Below, in pieces: positions 36,622-48,678 of a stretch of DNA of 64,000 nucleotides (position 1 is its first letter; each line of letters begins with the position of its first letter). This DNA is from Oikopleura dioica. Its lineage: Eukaryota; Animalia; Chordata. The notes under the pieces are model-generated. The model ran no database searches. It was given only the letters and a program-made list of their open reading frames with translations, and was not told the DNA's origin. The position numbers were made by a program, and so were the translations under genes. The stretch lies in assembly GCA_907165135.1 (NCBI GenBank), contig OU015570.1, positions 2,191,929 through 2,255,928 on the forward strand. The letters are read 5' to 3'.

Positions 36622-38489
36622 TCTCCCGGTTCATTTGGGTAGAATGTTAGTTCACAGAACTGAAAGGTAGTTCATAGGAATGAAAGGTAGTTCACATGAA
36701 TGAAAGTTATTTCGCGGTGATGAGATGATAAATCGTTAGGAATAAGTTTGGTGTGCTGGCGCTGCTCGAGTCTCTGTTTGAACCGGTGAAATTTTGTTCG
36801 CGCGGCTGAAGCCAAAAAGTGTTCGGTGAAATTTTACTGTCGCCCTGGTGAAACCAGGAAGCCATGTTTTCACTAGTTACTTATAAAATAGAGGAAATCC
36901 ATGAACCTTTCTATGACTGTTTCCTCTTCATTCGGACTAAGGAAACAATCAGACGAATTAAGAATCTTCTCCTCGCGAAACAATTCGACGATCCTTGCAA
37001 CTTTGCGCATAAGCGCATAAAGATTCTGGCTTAAAAAATCTATCGCTGTCAAAAAGTGCTGCTGAAGAACAGTCAAAAAAAAATCAAAAATGCTGTTGGC
37101 GCGAAATTATAAAATAAATTTTCTCAAATTTTACTTTTTGTTTAATTAGCGATTACCTCGTTAAAAAATGACTTTTTACGATCATATTTGAAATAAATCA
37201 AGCAAAAATCACTTCTCATCAAAAAGCCATCAAAGTAAAAACACAGGGTGCGCGTCGATCGCTACGGTTTCGGGGTTTTGCGTCGATCCCTACGATGCGC
37301 CGATCGCTACGGTTGCGTCGAACGCTACGGTCGGTGTAAATAAGGGTCGGCACGCGAACAAAAAATACGGGAGACACTGAATTGTGCCGCCCTGCGCCGC
37401 CAAGCGTCGCCCGGTCTCGCTGGATCCGAAAATATTTTGCCTTTCAAAAGCAGATGTTTAAGATTTTCATGTCAACTTAGTTATTCTGACTTTTTATTCA
37501 GTCGTAAAATATAATAAAAGGTTAACCTTTTATAAAGGGTACGGGTATCGATTTTCTTAAGGGGTTATATTGCCTGTACAGTGGTGTGAGGAGTTTCCGC
37601 ACCCTTTGTGAGTGCTGCGTTCCCGCACCCCTAGCCCGCACTTTTTCGCTAGATGAGGGTCACGTCGCGCCGGCTGTTTCGCCAAATCTAGAAGAATGAA
37701 GCCCTTTTAAGGGCTAAAATTTTTATGCTTTCATCAATCTTCAAAATTTAACATGCAAACCACACCCGGTAAAATTACCGATTCTGTCAAAGGGAAAATT
37801 TTTCGAACAAACAAGAAGCTGACACTCCATCAAAAAAGGCCGTGGTAGAAATTCATCACATAAATATAAGTTTGGGCTATAAACGGCTGATAAAACTTCT
37901 TCATGAGAAGCTAGATTTTACTGTATCCGTTTCAACTATTAGAAGTATTATAAAAACTAACTTTTAAACTTTTAAAAATCGACTACTGGTACTTGGTTTC
38001 CAGTAAGACTTGCCCCCAGTGTAGGAAAAACATTAGCTGGAGCGAAATTAACGGACAAAAATGGAAAACGAATTTGATTGATAGATTCAACGAAGAAAAA
38101 ATTTAAAACATCAAATTTAACGAATAAGAACGAGAACTAAGAAACTTGAAAAATTTCTAACCGAAGGGAGGAGAGAAGAGGAAAGAAGTTGAATCTTCTT
38201 GTATTATTCTGGATCGCTCGCACATTAAAAAAATATTTTTTTCTGATTATTCTGACAGGTCCTACCTTCGTTGATCAAAGACTCCATCATTTAAGAAGCC
38301 TTACATGAAAAGCATCGTGATCGAATCAAGTCAGGAATCAAAAAGCGACAGCTATACATCTCGAACAAGACCTAAATGGCATCTTTCCCACTTAAACATT
38401 CACTTTCTTCTTTCGATTGTGGACAAAAGTCAACGTTTTCAGTGTTTCACGGAATGGATGATTGAATAAGTCGGAGTCAATTATTTTTC

Positions 38490-39018
38490 TAAATCAATGA
38501 ACCGCTTTCGTCAAACAGTTGTGGACACAATCATTGCAGAAAGCCATTATATTGCCGTTAGTAATATAAATATACAGGAATATTGCTTCATCATTCAAAA
38601 ATATCCTGAATTTAGAGAAGATAAAGCAATAAAAAAATTGACTTTCAATATGCACTGGATCCTTTCATTGAAAAAAGACTACGTAATAACTCATCGTAAA
38701 ATCATAGGCAAAAAGAACTAAGTAAAACAAGACGCTGTCGATAAATGTAGAAAGCAGCTGAAGGAATCTTTGTCTAGCTTTGATAAGTCTGATAGGTGGA
38801 ATATGGATGAGACCCGTTTCAATTTTTGGCAGGCAAACGGTAAAGGAAACTATATAAAATCCTTCGATACCGCAATGACCCATCGATTCGATGAAAGGGA
38901 CGCTTATAGTGCGGGCTCATTCATTTCTTCCTCCGGTCAGACAATTTTTCCTTTTTCCATCGCTTCTTCTTTTCCTAGAAATCTCTTTGGTAAATCCATT
39001 AAATCAAAAAAAATTTAG
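38490..39018 (+). pseudogene. pogo/Tigger (CENP-B-like, DDE_1) transposase remnant
   Basis: HTH end FNMHWILSLKKDYVITHRKI followed by WNMDET, the first catalytic Asp motif of pogo/CENP-B. Frameshifted. Confidence 0.75.
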
Positions 39019-39310
39019 TTTACAAATTCTCGAGGAGATAAAATGAGCTGTTATAGTATGACTATAACGTATGACTGTTTTACTGCATAGCATTTCTGCT
39101 TCTGATCACTGTGCGCGCCCAACGCGGGGCGACCTTTCCCTTTTCCCTTTTGTTATTAATTATTCACTGCACCACCAATAATTTCGGCGGCTCCGCCGAT
39201 ATTCTCGCGCGGCGCTCCGATATTCTCGGAAGGGCCGAGAATATCCGCGGACGCTCTCCCGATATTCTTGGACGCTGCTCTGATTTTCTCGGATAGGCCG
39301 AGAATATCCC

Positions 39311-39518
39311 TGTAGAAAAGTGTACCCTATATAAGGACGACACCCTCCATCAAATCAGTAACGTTCTCAAGGGTCACTTTGAGCAAGACGTACGGCTTTA
39401 TGCCGAGAGATTACTGTACTGAGACTGTACTAGTGCTGGTCGCGGAATAAATCGGAAACGCTTGTTAGCTTTTTATAATAATTGTACTGTGTCTATATTT
39501 CACGCAAGCCATACTACA
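39311..39518 (+). repeat. 5' LTR of an LTR retrotransposon (208 bp)
   Basis: TGTAG...CTACA inverted termini, tatataa near 39328 and aataaa near 39447, followed within 4 nt by a PBS. Confidence 0.75.
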
Positions 39519-39522
39519 ACAT

Positions 39523-39600
39523 TGGTGTCAGAAGTATAAAGAAACCCAGCGCCAATCAGAGAATCACATCGACACCAACTGCAACATTGGTGTCAGAAGT
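39523..39600 (+). promoter_or_regulatory. Primer-binding site TGGTGTCAGAAGT, present twice (39523-39535 and 39588-39600)
   Basis: Starts with TGG, the complement of tRNA CCA. From recall it matches the 3' end of eukaryotic tRNA-Leu, a common gypsy primer. It lies within a 65-bp tandem duplication. Confidence 0.75.
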
Positions 39601-40413
39601 ATAAAGAAACCAAGCGCCTATTAGAGAATAACATCAGTCAGAAATATTCGGAAACCACACGCCAACCAGCTTCTACTTCACTGGCGATCAATGATGACAT
39701 TTAGTAAGGTAAAAGTCTATGGGTTATTAAGGGTATAGAGCCAGCGATTTTCTCAGTAAGCTGAGCTTGCACCCTTAAGGGCAGCCACCGATAGGAAATC
39801 CTTTAGGCGAATCATATTATGATTTTTCAATAAAAAAAATAATCTTGAGGGTTTACATAGGCTTAACTTGACAGCTAATTTTATATAAGTTTTTCTCTTA
39901 AAAATAACAAAAAAAAGGGGAGTAAAATATTTTTGAAAAAGAGAGCATTTTCTTTCAAATTTAAAAATCTTGCCAAGAATAAGTATAGGACTAATTATAT
40001 CATTAAAATTTTTATTTCCAGAAATAATAAAGACTTTATTATCTTTTCCCCAATTTTTCTCTTTCAAGGAGCTGAAAAATACGCGAAAAAAAGTGCGACT
40101 GATCACAAGCGAGGCAAAATGCAGAATAACGCTCGATTTCAAAAGCGAAAATTTCGGCGCTGAATGCATTAATATAAAAGGGCGAGCGCGCGCTCTGAGT
40201 GGCTCGCAGCACCTTTATTGACTTAGGCATCCAATCAGACGATAGAAAAAATAAATTATTCAGGAAGTGCGCACCCTCTCGAAATCACCCCTCTTAAAAA
40301 AGTAAGGCTTACTTCTCTTCGAAAATTGAAAAAATTCAATTTTTCCATATCGTGCAATGCCAATCAAATCGTAACAAATAATTTACTATTTTGAAGATGG
40401 CACCGAAAAAGAA

Positions 40414-41337
40414 ATGGTTTACCGCTATGTCCTTCCACGAGTCCTGTCAATATATCCACCAACTGAACATATACAGAAACCAGAAAAATGGCGAATCATC
40501 TATCAGATGGTTGATCTAATAGAAGATATCCGTAAAGACGCGGCAGAATTTATAGTCAGGCAGAATTCTTCCGTCGAAGAATCAAAAGCTGCCTTCGATT
40601 CCTGGTTGTTGTTCAAGTCAAAAAAAGAGCACTTAATCCTCTGGATCTGCAAAGCAACGTTAATGTGTGACATATATAAAGCAAAGCATGGATCAATAAC
40701 AGCGATCGGAACACTAGTGCGCGAAGCATTTGATAAAATGTTCAACGGACGACAGGAATTTTGGAGAAATTTTATGAAGATGGATACCAACTCTGAGACA
40801 AGAATTGCGAAAATTCTGATGGAGCAATTCAAGAACAAAGCTGAAACCTGCCTGTACGGAGGTAGATCCACTACTACTCAAGGATTATCCGAAGGAGAGG
40901 AACCTAGAAAGAGCCAGGCTGAATCAGGCATGGCATTGATGAGTCAAGATTTCGGACATTCTGCGAGAAAAGAATCCTTTTCGAAGGAAAGGGCACAACA
41001 AGTGATGGAGATAAATAAACTTTCAGTTCTTAATGTGCAATTTCAAGAGATGTATTACGCACCATTTAACAATAATGCCTCAGCTGTCGATGAAAGCCAC
41101 CTTCCGACTATTACCAACCATCACAGTCAACAATCAAGCCTGCAGACAGAGAACAAACTGATGAATCAGACGGGAAACGGCGGAATTCGGCCAAGCCAAG
41201 AAGCTTTCGCCTCAACCGATGCGACCGGCCCACCAGCTAAACGACAAAAACTGTCGGCGACGGTGACTCTTCCTTCACGGCACATAACACTGGCGAGAAA
41301 ATTAAAGCTGACCAATTGCCTGATAAGTTATCAGTGA
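40414..41337 (+). CDS. 307-aa ORF of unknown function downstream of the LTR/PBS, possibly gag-like
   Basis: Long ORF in AT-rich DNA with a helical N-terminal half and a low-complexity C-terminal half. No recognisable motif. Confidence 0.45.
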   Translation: MVYRYVLPRVLSIYPPTEHIQKPEKWRIIYQMVDLIEDIRKDAAEFIVRQNSSVEESKAAFDSWLLFKSKKEHLILWICKATLMCDIYKAKHGSITAIGTLVREAFDKMFNGRQEFWRNFMKMDTNSETRIAKILMEQFKNKAETCLYGGRSTTTQGLSEGEEPRKSQAESGMALMSQDFGHSARKESFSKERAQQVMEINKLSVLNVQFQEMYYAPFNNNASAVDESHLPTITNHHSQQSSLQTENKLMNQTGNGGIRPSQEAFASTDATGPPAKRQKLSATVTLPSRHITLARKLKLTNCLISYQ

Positions 41338-42205
41338 TAACGTTGACAAAATTTTGAAATCAGATGGTAGCCAGGGTAATTTTTCCGAAAATATGCATGA
41401 AGGGACACACACACTGGAACCAAGCAATCAGCTACAGTCGGCACCTACTGACCAACAAACTGATCGACAAACCAAAAGAGCGAGAACTCTTTCAGAGCAA
41501 GGATCAACATAAAATTTCGCGACTATTATTCTTCCAAATCCGAGTGCCGAACCATTGAATAATAACAAGAGTATTCAGCCAGATATACGACCAGCAAACG
41601 AAATCGGAGAGCCTAATCGAAACGACTCCAACAATTTAGATATTCCTTTTCCGTGCCTCGATGCAGACACCGACTTGGAAAGTTTTCTTGCTCAACTTGA
41701 GGACAATGTCAAGAAGTTCGATGAAACTTTCATCTACAACGGGAAGAATTAAATCTCGCATTGCGAAAATTATTTCATTAATAACAGAATTTCTTTAACT
41801 GAGGTTCACCTCTCACTTCTCCTTTACTGTCTAGTCTGTTCTGGCATAAAAGACACTAAGCTTATCAGAATTAAAATTCGTATGCTTTCAGACAAACGCA
41901 AATCTTAATAATGAAACTTATTAAAATCGCGATTCACGTGAACAAAGAAGATCTTGAAAGAGATCTTCAGCAGGCGGCGAAAGAAGCAGATTGTCCCGAC
42001 ACATTCGTCTTGATAGCAGAAAGCTCAACAGGTATAGTTAAGAGACTTGGTGAGAACGAAGAGGAGCTGTGCCAATCAAGAACAAAAGCAGAAAGGATCA
42101 TGCGAGAAGAGTCGGATGAAGCGATTTTCATCGAGGAGGATTATGCAAAACGATCAAACATAATCATTGAAAGACCACAGCAGACCCAGACAAACAACAT
42201 CGGAG

Positions 42206-43251
42206 CAGGGGTCTGGATTTTGGCCGAAAATGAAAGGCGAAAGCGAAACGAAAGCGAAAATTTTTCAAAAATTTTTAGCGAAAGCGAAGCGAAGCGAATC
42301 AAAATTTCGTGAGCGAAAGCGAAGCGAAGCTTAAAATTTTTCTAAAAAGCGAAAAAAAGCGAAAATTTTCCGGAAATATTTAACCTTTGAGAAAGTGTCC
42401 ATTTCAAGTATGGTTTCATTTTTATTACTTTTTGGACGGTGGTCTCAGTTTGCCCGCGTCGCCGTTTACCCAAGTCGCCGTCTTTCAAAATCGTCATTTA
42501 CCTTACTATGGGAAACGGAGATCTTGGGCAAACAGCGATGTGAATAAATTTATATAGATTGATAATTAAACATTGTTTGGCTTCTCAAACGTCAATCTTG
42601 ACTTCATCAATGCCAATCATGGCTTCACATATTTCAATCATGTCTTCTTCAATATCATTAATATTTTATCAATGATGGCCTATCCATCGTCAAGTCTGCT
42701 TTCAACATTTTCAATTATGGCTTTACCGACTTCAATCATGGCTTTTTTATTCTCAATCCCGGGTTTATCGACGTCAATTACGACTTCTCCAACGTCAATC
42801 GTGGCTTCTCCAATGTCAATCTAATCTTGAAAAAGCCACGATCGACAATTGAGAAGCCGGAACTGACGACTGAGAGGCTAGGATTGAAATTAGTGACGCC
42901 CGGATCGGTGTTGCCGGGATTGATGTGAAGCTGGGATCGATGCTGGAGATGCCAAGATTGATATTTAACCAACCAGGATCGACTTCTGAAAAGCAAGGAT
43001 CGAAGTTTTTGAAGCCGGGATTGAAGACGGTGATGTCAGGATTGATTGTGGGGAGGCCAATATATAAAATTATAAGATCAATCAATTTAAATTATCTTTT
43101 GAGCGAAATTTTCGCGAAAATTTTTGGTAAAAAGCGAAAGCGAAGCGAAGCGAATTGAAATTACAAAAAGCGAAAGCGAAGCGAAGTGAATTCGCTTCGC
43201 TTCGCTTCGCTTCGCTCATGAGCGAATTCGCAAAGCGAATCCAGACCCCTG
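42206..43251 (-). mobile_element. CAGGGGTCTGG-TIR MITE, longer internal variant, inverted
   Basis: Same TIRs and (GCGAA)n subterminal repeats as 23729..24630. The flanks do not form a TSD. Confidence 0.85.
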
Positions 43252-43277
43252 AGTTAACCATGAAAAAAATTCGAATA

Positions 43278-44145
43278 CAGTGTGAAGCACTTTTAAGGCC
43301 GATTTTCGGATGACAGCGAATTTCAAAAGTGGCCTTAAAATGGATATTTTTTGTCTCGAGTCGGATGACAACAAATTTTTTACTTTCTTTGGAAAAAAAG
43401 ATAAATGAGGGTTCATAAAATTATTCAGAACTTAACTTTCTTTCACTGTTTTCGGAATATACTTTCAACTTATTTCCTAAAAAATAGAAATAGTATTATT
43501 TTTTTCGGCCGAACAAAGTATGAATCGTAGCCTTTTCAGAATGTGTCCTTTAAATTGAACTCAACATGATTCTTTCTTTCATTTTTTCAAAAGTAATATT
43601 CGTAAAGCATGTCTTAAAAAAGAAAAAACACGGCAAATGCTTAGAAAAAAGATATTAAGAGATTTTAGTGAAGACGTCAAAGAATAGTGACGTGAAGAAG
43701 ACAATTGCTGAGCTTTTTCGAAAAATAATGGTTAAGACATTCCGAGAAATTATCGTTAATTGAAAAAGTCGAGAAAAAAAACATCGGAAAATACCGAAAA
43801 GAAAAATAAAGATAAAAGCACAAGGCATCACGCAGTCGAAGAAATAAAGGGGGACGGGCGGCTACGTTACAAATTTGTAACGCCGTTACAAGAATTCAGA
43901 TTTTTTTCGCAATAAAAATTATTTTCCATTCCGTAATTCTTATTATTTTGGACAGAATAAGCGATAAGGTGTGCCAAAGTGTAGTTTCCTTTAATTCAGG
44001 CGCGAAGCGCCCACTCGTTCAATGATTTTGATTTTGAATTTTTGTAACGCTGTTACAATTTTAACTATTTGTAACGTAGCCGCCCTACACCCGAAATAAA
44101 GCTTTTTCAAGTGACACTGTAACTTTCGGATTTTGAACTGAAATA
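43278..44145 (-). mobile_element. Tc1/mariner-type MITE (ttttaaggcc family), one end truncated
   Basis: Reverse complement of 52121-52645 plus 56640-56963. Provides the empty site (agcatgtc, 43606-43613) for the hAT insertion. Confidence 0.85.
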
Positions 44146-44686
44146 TAACTGCTGACAGTTTTAAGTTTTCTTGGCGAGCCCTAATTTAGAGGCTACAGTT
44201 AGACTAGAGAGCAGAGCAGGACCACAATAGAGTGGAGGCATTCTTGACCTATCAATATCGATAAAAAGCCCATGATCCACTGATCATTATAACATGTGAC
44301 TTGGGGTCATTAAAGGTCACGTGAGGTCACATGAGGTCAAAATCTGATTTTTCTCAAAATCGACGTAACTAGGGTTTCTTTGCATGATTTTGATCGCTGA
44401 TGATCACTGATCATAAGAATTATCATATAACACTCATCCGGACCCCTCCTGAGCCATCAGATCAAAAAATGAAAAATGGCAATAAATTTTGGCAATAATC
44501 CAAAATATCCTGTCTAAAGCAAAACCAAAACCACCATGATGTTTCTCGTGCTCTGAGCTTTCAAAAAAGGCCTCATTGATAAAAATTGCAGCCAAAAATT
44601 TTTTTTGACCAGATTTCTAGCGCTCATATCTTGAAAACGACAAGTGATAGCAGCTAACATTAAATATTAAAAATGCTCAGAATTTC

Positions 44687-45170
44687 GTATTATAATCACG
44701 CATAAATAACAATGGTAATGGGAATATTCCCGAGCACGCGCGATTACAATACTGTAGCGGGGAAGCTTTAGAGCTTCTTAGGTTGAGGACTGGGCAGTAT
44801 GTAGGGCGTGTGCTCGTTTACCCTAATTGTACTGCTTATTTCAGGGATGGTGGGTGGGTGAGTCTTTTTGAATCAGGTAGGAGTCTTATTGGTAATGCTC
44901 CAGCTGAGAAAAAGTCTCTTAATAATTTCCCCGTTTAAGGTTTGAGCTTCAAGCTATAACCTTTTTGGAATGAACCTGCGTGATTTCGGGGCACCCGCTT
45001 GAATAAAGATACTCTCGAGCGCCTTTGACACCTTCCGCTGCTCCCTGGGAGTTTCTGCTGCTGCTGAAGAGGCTATCCTGCCGCGTTCTATTTTTGGCGG
45101 GCTGCTTATCCCTTGTCCTAGGTTCGTATTATAATCACGCATAAATAACAATGGTAATGGGAATATTCCC
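44687..45170 (-). repeat. Split direct repeats and terminal hairpin directly downstream of the tyrosine recombinase
   Basis: gtattataatcacgcataaataacaatggtaatgggaatattccc at 44687 and 45126. The first copy continues to gcgcgattacaatac (44752), complementary to its own 5' end. Confidence 0.85.
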
Positions 45171-45269
45171 TCCCTACCATTTTCGTTATTCTCATCAATT
45201 GTTAATGAGTCACCTTTTATATTTGAGTCTGAATTCTAAGTGAAAAAGGCATCTTTCTTTTAGGCTTCT

Positions 45270-46170
45270 TCAGTTGTATTTTTCGGCTTCTTTGGCTTTT
45301 GACTTGCTTCTGGTCGTTCTTGATTCTAAAGCCTTTCTATTGATTCCTGGAATCCGAAATATCGATACCTGTGGATGGTCACTGCTGGTGCTATCATTTC
45401 GTTTTCTGGCTCTTGATTTTGCGACGCTGACCGGTGCTCCTGAAGTGCTGCATTCGAACCAGCATCTTTCGTAGTAGTTTGGCATGGAGCTTCCGGGAGC
45501 CCAGCGGAGCGTGTGGGCGAGAGTCTTTTGTGAAAAGCCTGTCCGGCGTCCTTCGATGTAGAAACTGACTCTTCCTGTATGCGCAGAGACCTTAAAAATT
45601 AATCTTGAGAATCTCTTTTATTTCACGAAATCTGTACCTTTTTTGAAAATTTTGCCTTGGATTCGTAACGCGCCTAGTAGTCCGAGGCGATGCGAGTGTG
45701 ACCTTCGAGAATTTTGAGTACGAGGCCTGAATTTTAACTGGCGAGTCTTGAAGTAAGGAGTACTGGATACCTGAGTCTCGGTATTTGAGCTGGGCTCTGA
45801 GTTCAAGGGCGAGAGGGACTCCGTGTCTCATATCCATGGGGATGGTAAGGGTTTCCATCCGCTTGCAGAACGGGTCGGTTTTGCTGCTCCTGATGTGGAA
45901 ACGCCAGAATTCGTTTCCGTCCTTGGTGACCACTTCTCGGACTTCGACTCTCAAGTTGAGCGTTTCTTTCATTCTTGCCCCCGTCGTGAAGCAGATGAAG
46001 AAAGCGATGGCCGCTTCTCTTGGTTTTGGTTTGTTCGTTTTTAGAAGCTCTCCCAGAGTCGGACTGCCTCGGGCTCGTCGAAGAGCCAAGTCATGGTTCT
46101 TAAGGTTATAAATGTGACTCTTTTTTTTGAAAATTCTGATGATGGGCTATTTGGAAATTTCAGCAGTTTG
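45270..46170 (-). pseudogene. Tyrosine recombinase of DIRS/Crypton type, frameshifted, with a 117-nt interruption
   Basis: FTTGARMKE (catalytic R), RSSKTDPF (K), HSHRLG (HxxR) and LRWAPGSSMPNYY (W and Y). Frameshifts near 46040 and 45770; the N-terminal part is missing. Confidence 0.9.
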
Positions 46171-46179
46171 AAGCAGCTA

Positions 46180-46587
46180 CAGTTATTTATGGAATTTGTG
46201 GACATTTTTTGTCCCCTAGTTTTCTGAAAAATGTCCACAAATTTGATAAAGAGCCTCGAAAAATATGTCCCAACGAACTTGTTTAAATTTTTTCCTAGAA
46301 AGAAAATTTGATGATTTTTCTCAAAAATAATGAGAAAAAGAATACAAGATTGAATCTGAAGACGTAAATCTAAACAAAAATTAAGATTTTTGACGAAAAA
46401 CAGTTCTTTGCAAATAAAATTGGCTTCAATTACGAAAGTAAGACCATAAATTTAGAAGTAAAAGATATCAATTGAGAAAAAATGTCCACAAATTTGATAC
46501 CCTCTTTTTTTGAATATGTCCCAAGAAAACCCCTTATAATCTGAAAAATGTCCACAATTTGATGTCCACAAATTCCATAAAAAACTG
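46180..46587 (+). mobile_element. Tc1/mariner-type MITE, copy of 7006..7414
   Basis: TA-CAGTTATTTATGG...CCATAAAAAACTG-TA. Confidence 0.9.
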
Positions 46588-46608
46588 TATAAATTTTTTT
46601 AAGGAGTC

Positions 46609-47959
46609 CTAGTAATTTGAGAGTCTGGGTTGGTTAGTTTGAAAGTCTTTGCTGTTGAGCTTTCTGGTCTTTTTCCGGTGGCGGTTTTTATTCAACTCCG
46701 CCCTGGTCCTGGAATTTCTTGGTTTCGTTTCCGGAGCTGCCTCCTCCTCGACCTCGGCCTCTTCCGCGGCCTCCCGAGTCGCTGTCTCTGTCTCTGGATT
46801 TTTGCCGTCCCCTTGGTGGTCGGTTTTTTGTTTCTTGGGTTGGCCACCGTTGTTGTGGCCACCTCGGCGTCCTCGACCTGTTTTTGAGTCTTTTTCTGAC
46901 CGCCAATCCTCGGAGCCATCGCAAGGATTGCCGATCATCTTTTTGAAGACGTGGTGATTGGAGTTCATTGTGAGGACCCGGTCGAAGCTTTGTCGGACAT
47001 TGGGGCGCATGAGTGGCTGAAAAGATACTTCAGGCAGTGTGGCTGCTTATTACGAGTCTTACCGTGAGCGAGAGCAGGGCATCTTTTCGAGTCATATCAG
47101 GCATCCTGATGAGTTCGTCCAGGATGCTTTCGATGATTGCCCGCTCCGGGTATTCTGGGAAAATGGCTCTTTTATAGTTGCCCAAGAGTCTCACAAGCTT
47201 GTCCTTCTTGAACATGCGCTGGTTTTTTGCGTCTGAGACGAACGCCCGGAATTCTTTGCCCATTTCCCGGAGAGAGTCGCCGTCGTCTTCAGGCATATTG
47301 CTTGTGCCTATTTGAGTCTGACGCGCAATTTAATTAGAGAGTTTTGGACTCGGTATATTTCATCAGCTTGAAAAAAGGGGTTTTTGGCTTACCATGAAAT
47401 AGGACTCTTCTCCCGTGAGCGGGTCAACTTCTTTGAAGACTGCCGAAGTGTCCGTGCCGCCCGAAGATAGTTCGGCAATTTTGGATTCTCGGGCCTTGAT
47501 CTGCTGGAACATGGACCCTTGATGCTGTATCGCTCCATCTTGTCCGCAATCAGACGGCGGATTTTCGCCTTCTACTCCGCCGGATTCCAACGGTCGTAGA
47601 ATCTGTTGTCTTCTTAGGACCGTTCTTTGGCGTTTGGCTCGTTTTCCTTGATTGCAAGACTCTTCTCGCGGTTCGCTTCTAGTTCCGCGATTTCCGACTA
47701 TAAAGCGCGGAGTTTTTGTCGATTTCGCTTTTACGATGAGGGCGTCAGTGAACTTGTCGTGAGTCAGTATGTCCTTCTTGATGTCCTCGATTTCCATAAA
47801 GAGTCTGTCCGCTTCTTCCGATGGTGTCTTGGACTGGGCGATTTCAAAGAACTGGGCCATCGAGATTTGGACTCTGGCTGCTCGCGTTTTTGCCTCTTGC
47901 TCAGTGAGTTTTGTATGGTCTGCCAGCAGCTTGGAGAGGATCTCGGTTTAATCCGACAT
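46609..47959 (-). pseudogene. Three-exon gag-like ORF (about 400 aa) with a basic RGG-rich C-terminus
   Basis: Exons 47959-47393, 47317-47063 and 47016-about 46650. Phase-0 GT-AG introns of 75 nt (47318-47392) and 46 nt (47017-47062) join three ORFs in frame (YFM|TQIGTSNMPE and LSLT|PLMRPNV). TAA at codon 4. 'Gag-like' rests on position and composition only. Confidence 0.7.
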
Positions 47960-48110
47960 TTTCACAAAGATTTCGAGTCTGAACAAAAGAAAGGTTTAAC
48001 GCAGGCGATCCTCTTCCGCATTTTAGTGGGGGATTTATGGAGAATCTATTTGGCGCGAGGAGGCCGAGTTTCGAGTTTGTAAAGACATGATTTGTTAGGA
48101 AGGTCGTCAC

Positions 48111-48616
48111 TTCCAACCTTTCGGGATCCCGAATGTTTCGGGATTTCCCGAATCTTTCAGGAATTCCCGAACCTTTCGAGATCGCCCGAATCATTCGGGA
48201 ATTTTGTTGAGGATTACGTTATAAAAAAGTGGTATAAATGCCGAATTCGGGCATTTTACTTATCAAAAAGATAACTCTAGCTGCCTTCGTCAAATTCGAT
48301 GGTCTAAAAAGGCCATACCTTGTTTCAATTGTGAATTTGCAGTCAAAGAGAATGTGTGCGTTCCGCGCCTGTCTTATAGAGAACTTCATGAGTTATAAAT
48401 CAAATTATTCGTTTAAATTATTTTTTCCTTCGTGCCTTCATTTGCTTCAATAAAGATGTACTTAGACGTTACTATTTTGATAGATTCGCTTTAGATATTT
48501 TCTCGGACAGAAATCATTCAAAAATCATCCCCGAAAGGTTCGAAGACAAAAAGGCCCATTTTCACTGCGAATATTTCGGGAAATCCCGAAACAATCGGGA
48601 TCCCGAAGGGTTGGAA
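48111..48616. mobile_element. MITE with tcgggatcccga palindromic subterminal repeats
   Basis: ttccaacctttcgggatcccga...tcgggatcccgaagggttggaa. Confidence 0.75.
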
Positions 48617-48678
48617 GATTCAACCTGTTAGGAAAAGGTTGATGATGCGAGAGAAATCGACAATCTTGAACCCAGAGT

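Noticed and set aside
39731-40226. Another TTAA/Kolobok-type element
   Set aside because: TTAAGGG starts are present at 39727 and 39775, but no convincing matching right TIR with TTAA was found.
45591-45637. Canonical 47-nt GT-AG intron inside the YR
   Set aside because: Removing it does not reach the frame with RW...YY. Only removal of the 117-nt segment does.
46630-46957. Several overlapping plus-strand ORFs
   Set aside because: They are antisense shadows of the GC-rich, RGG-encoding end of the minus-strand ORF.
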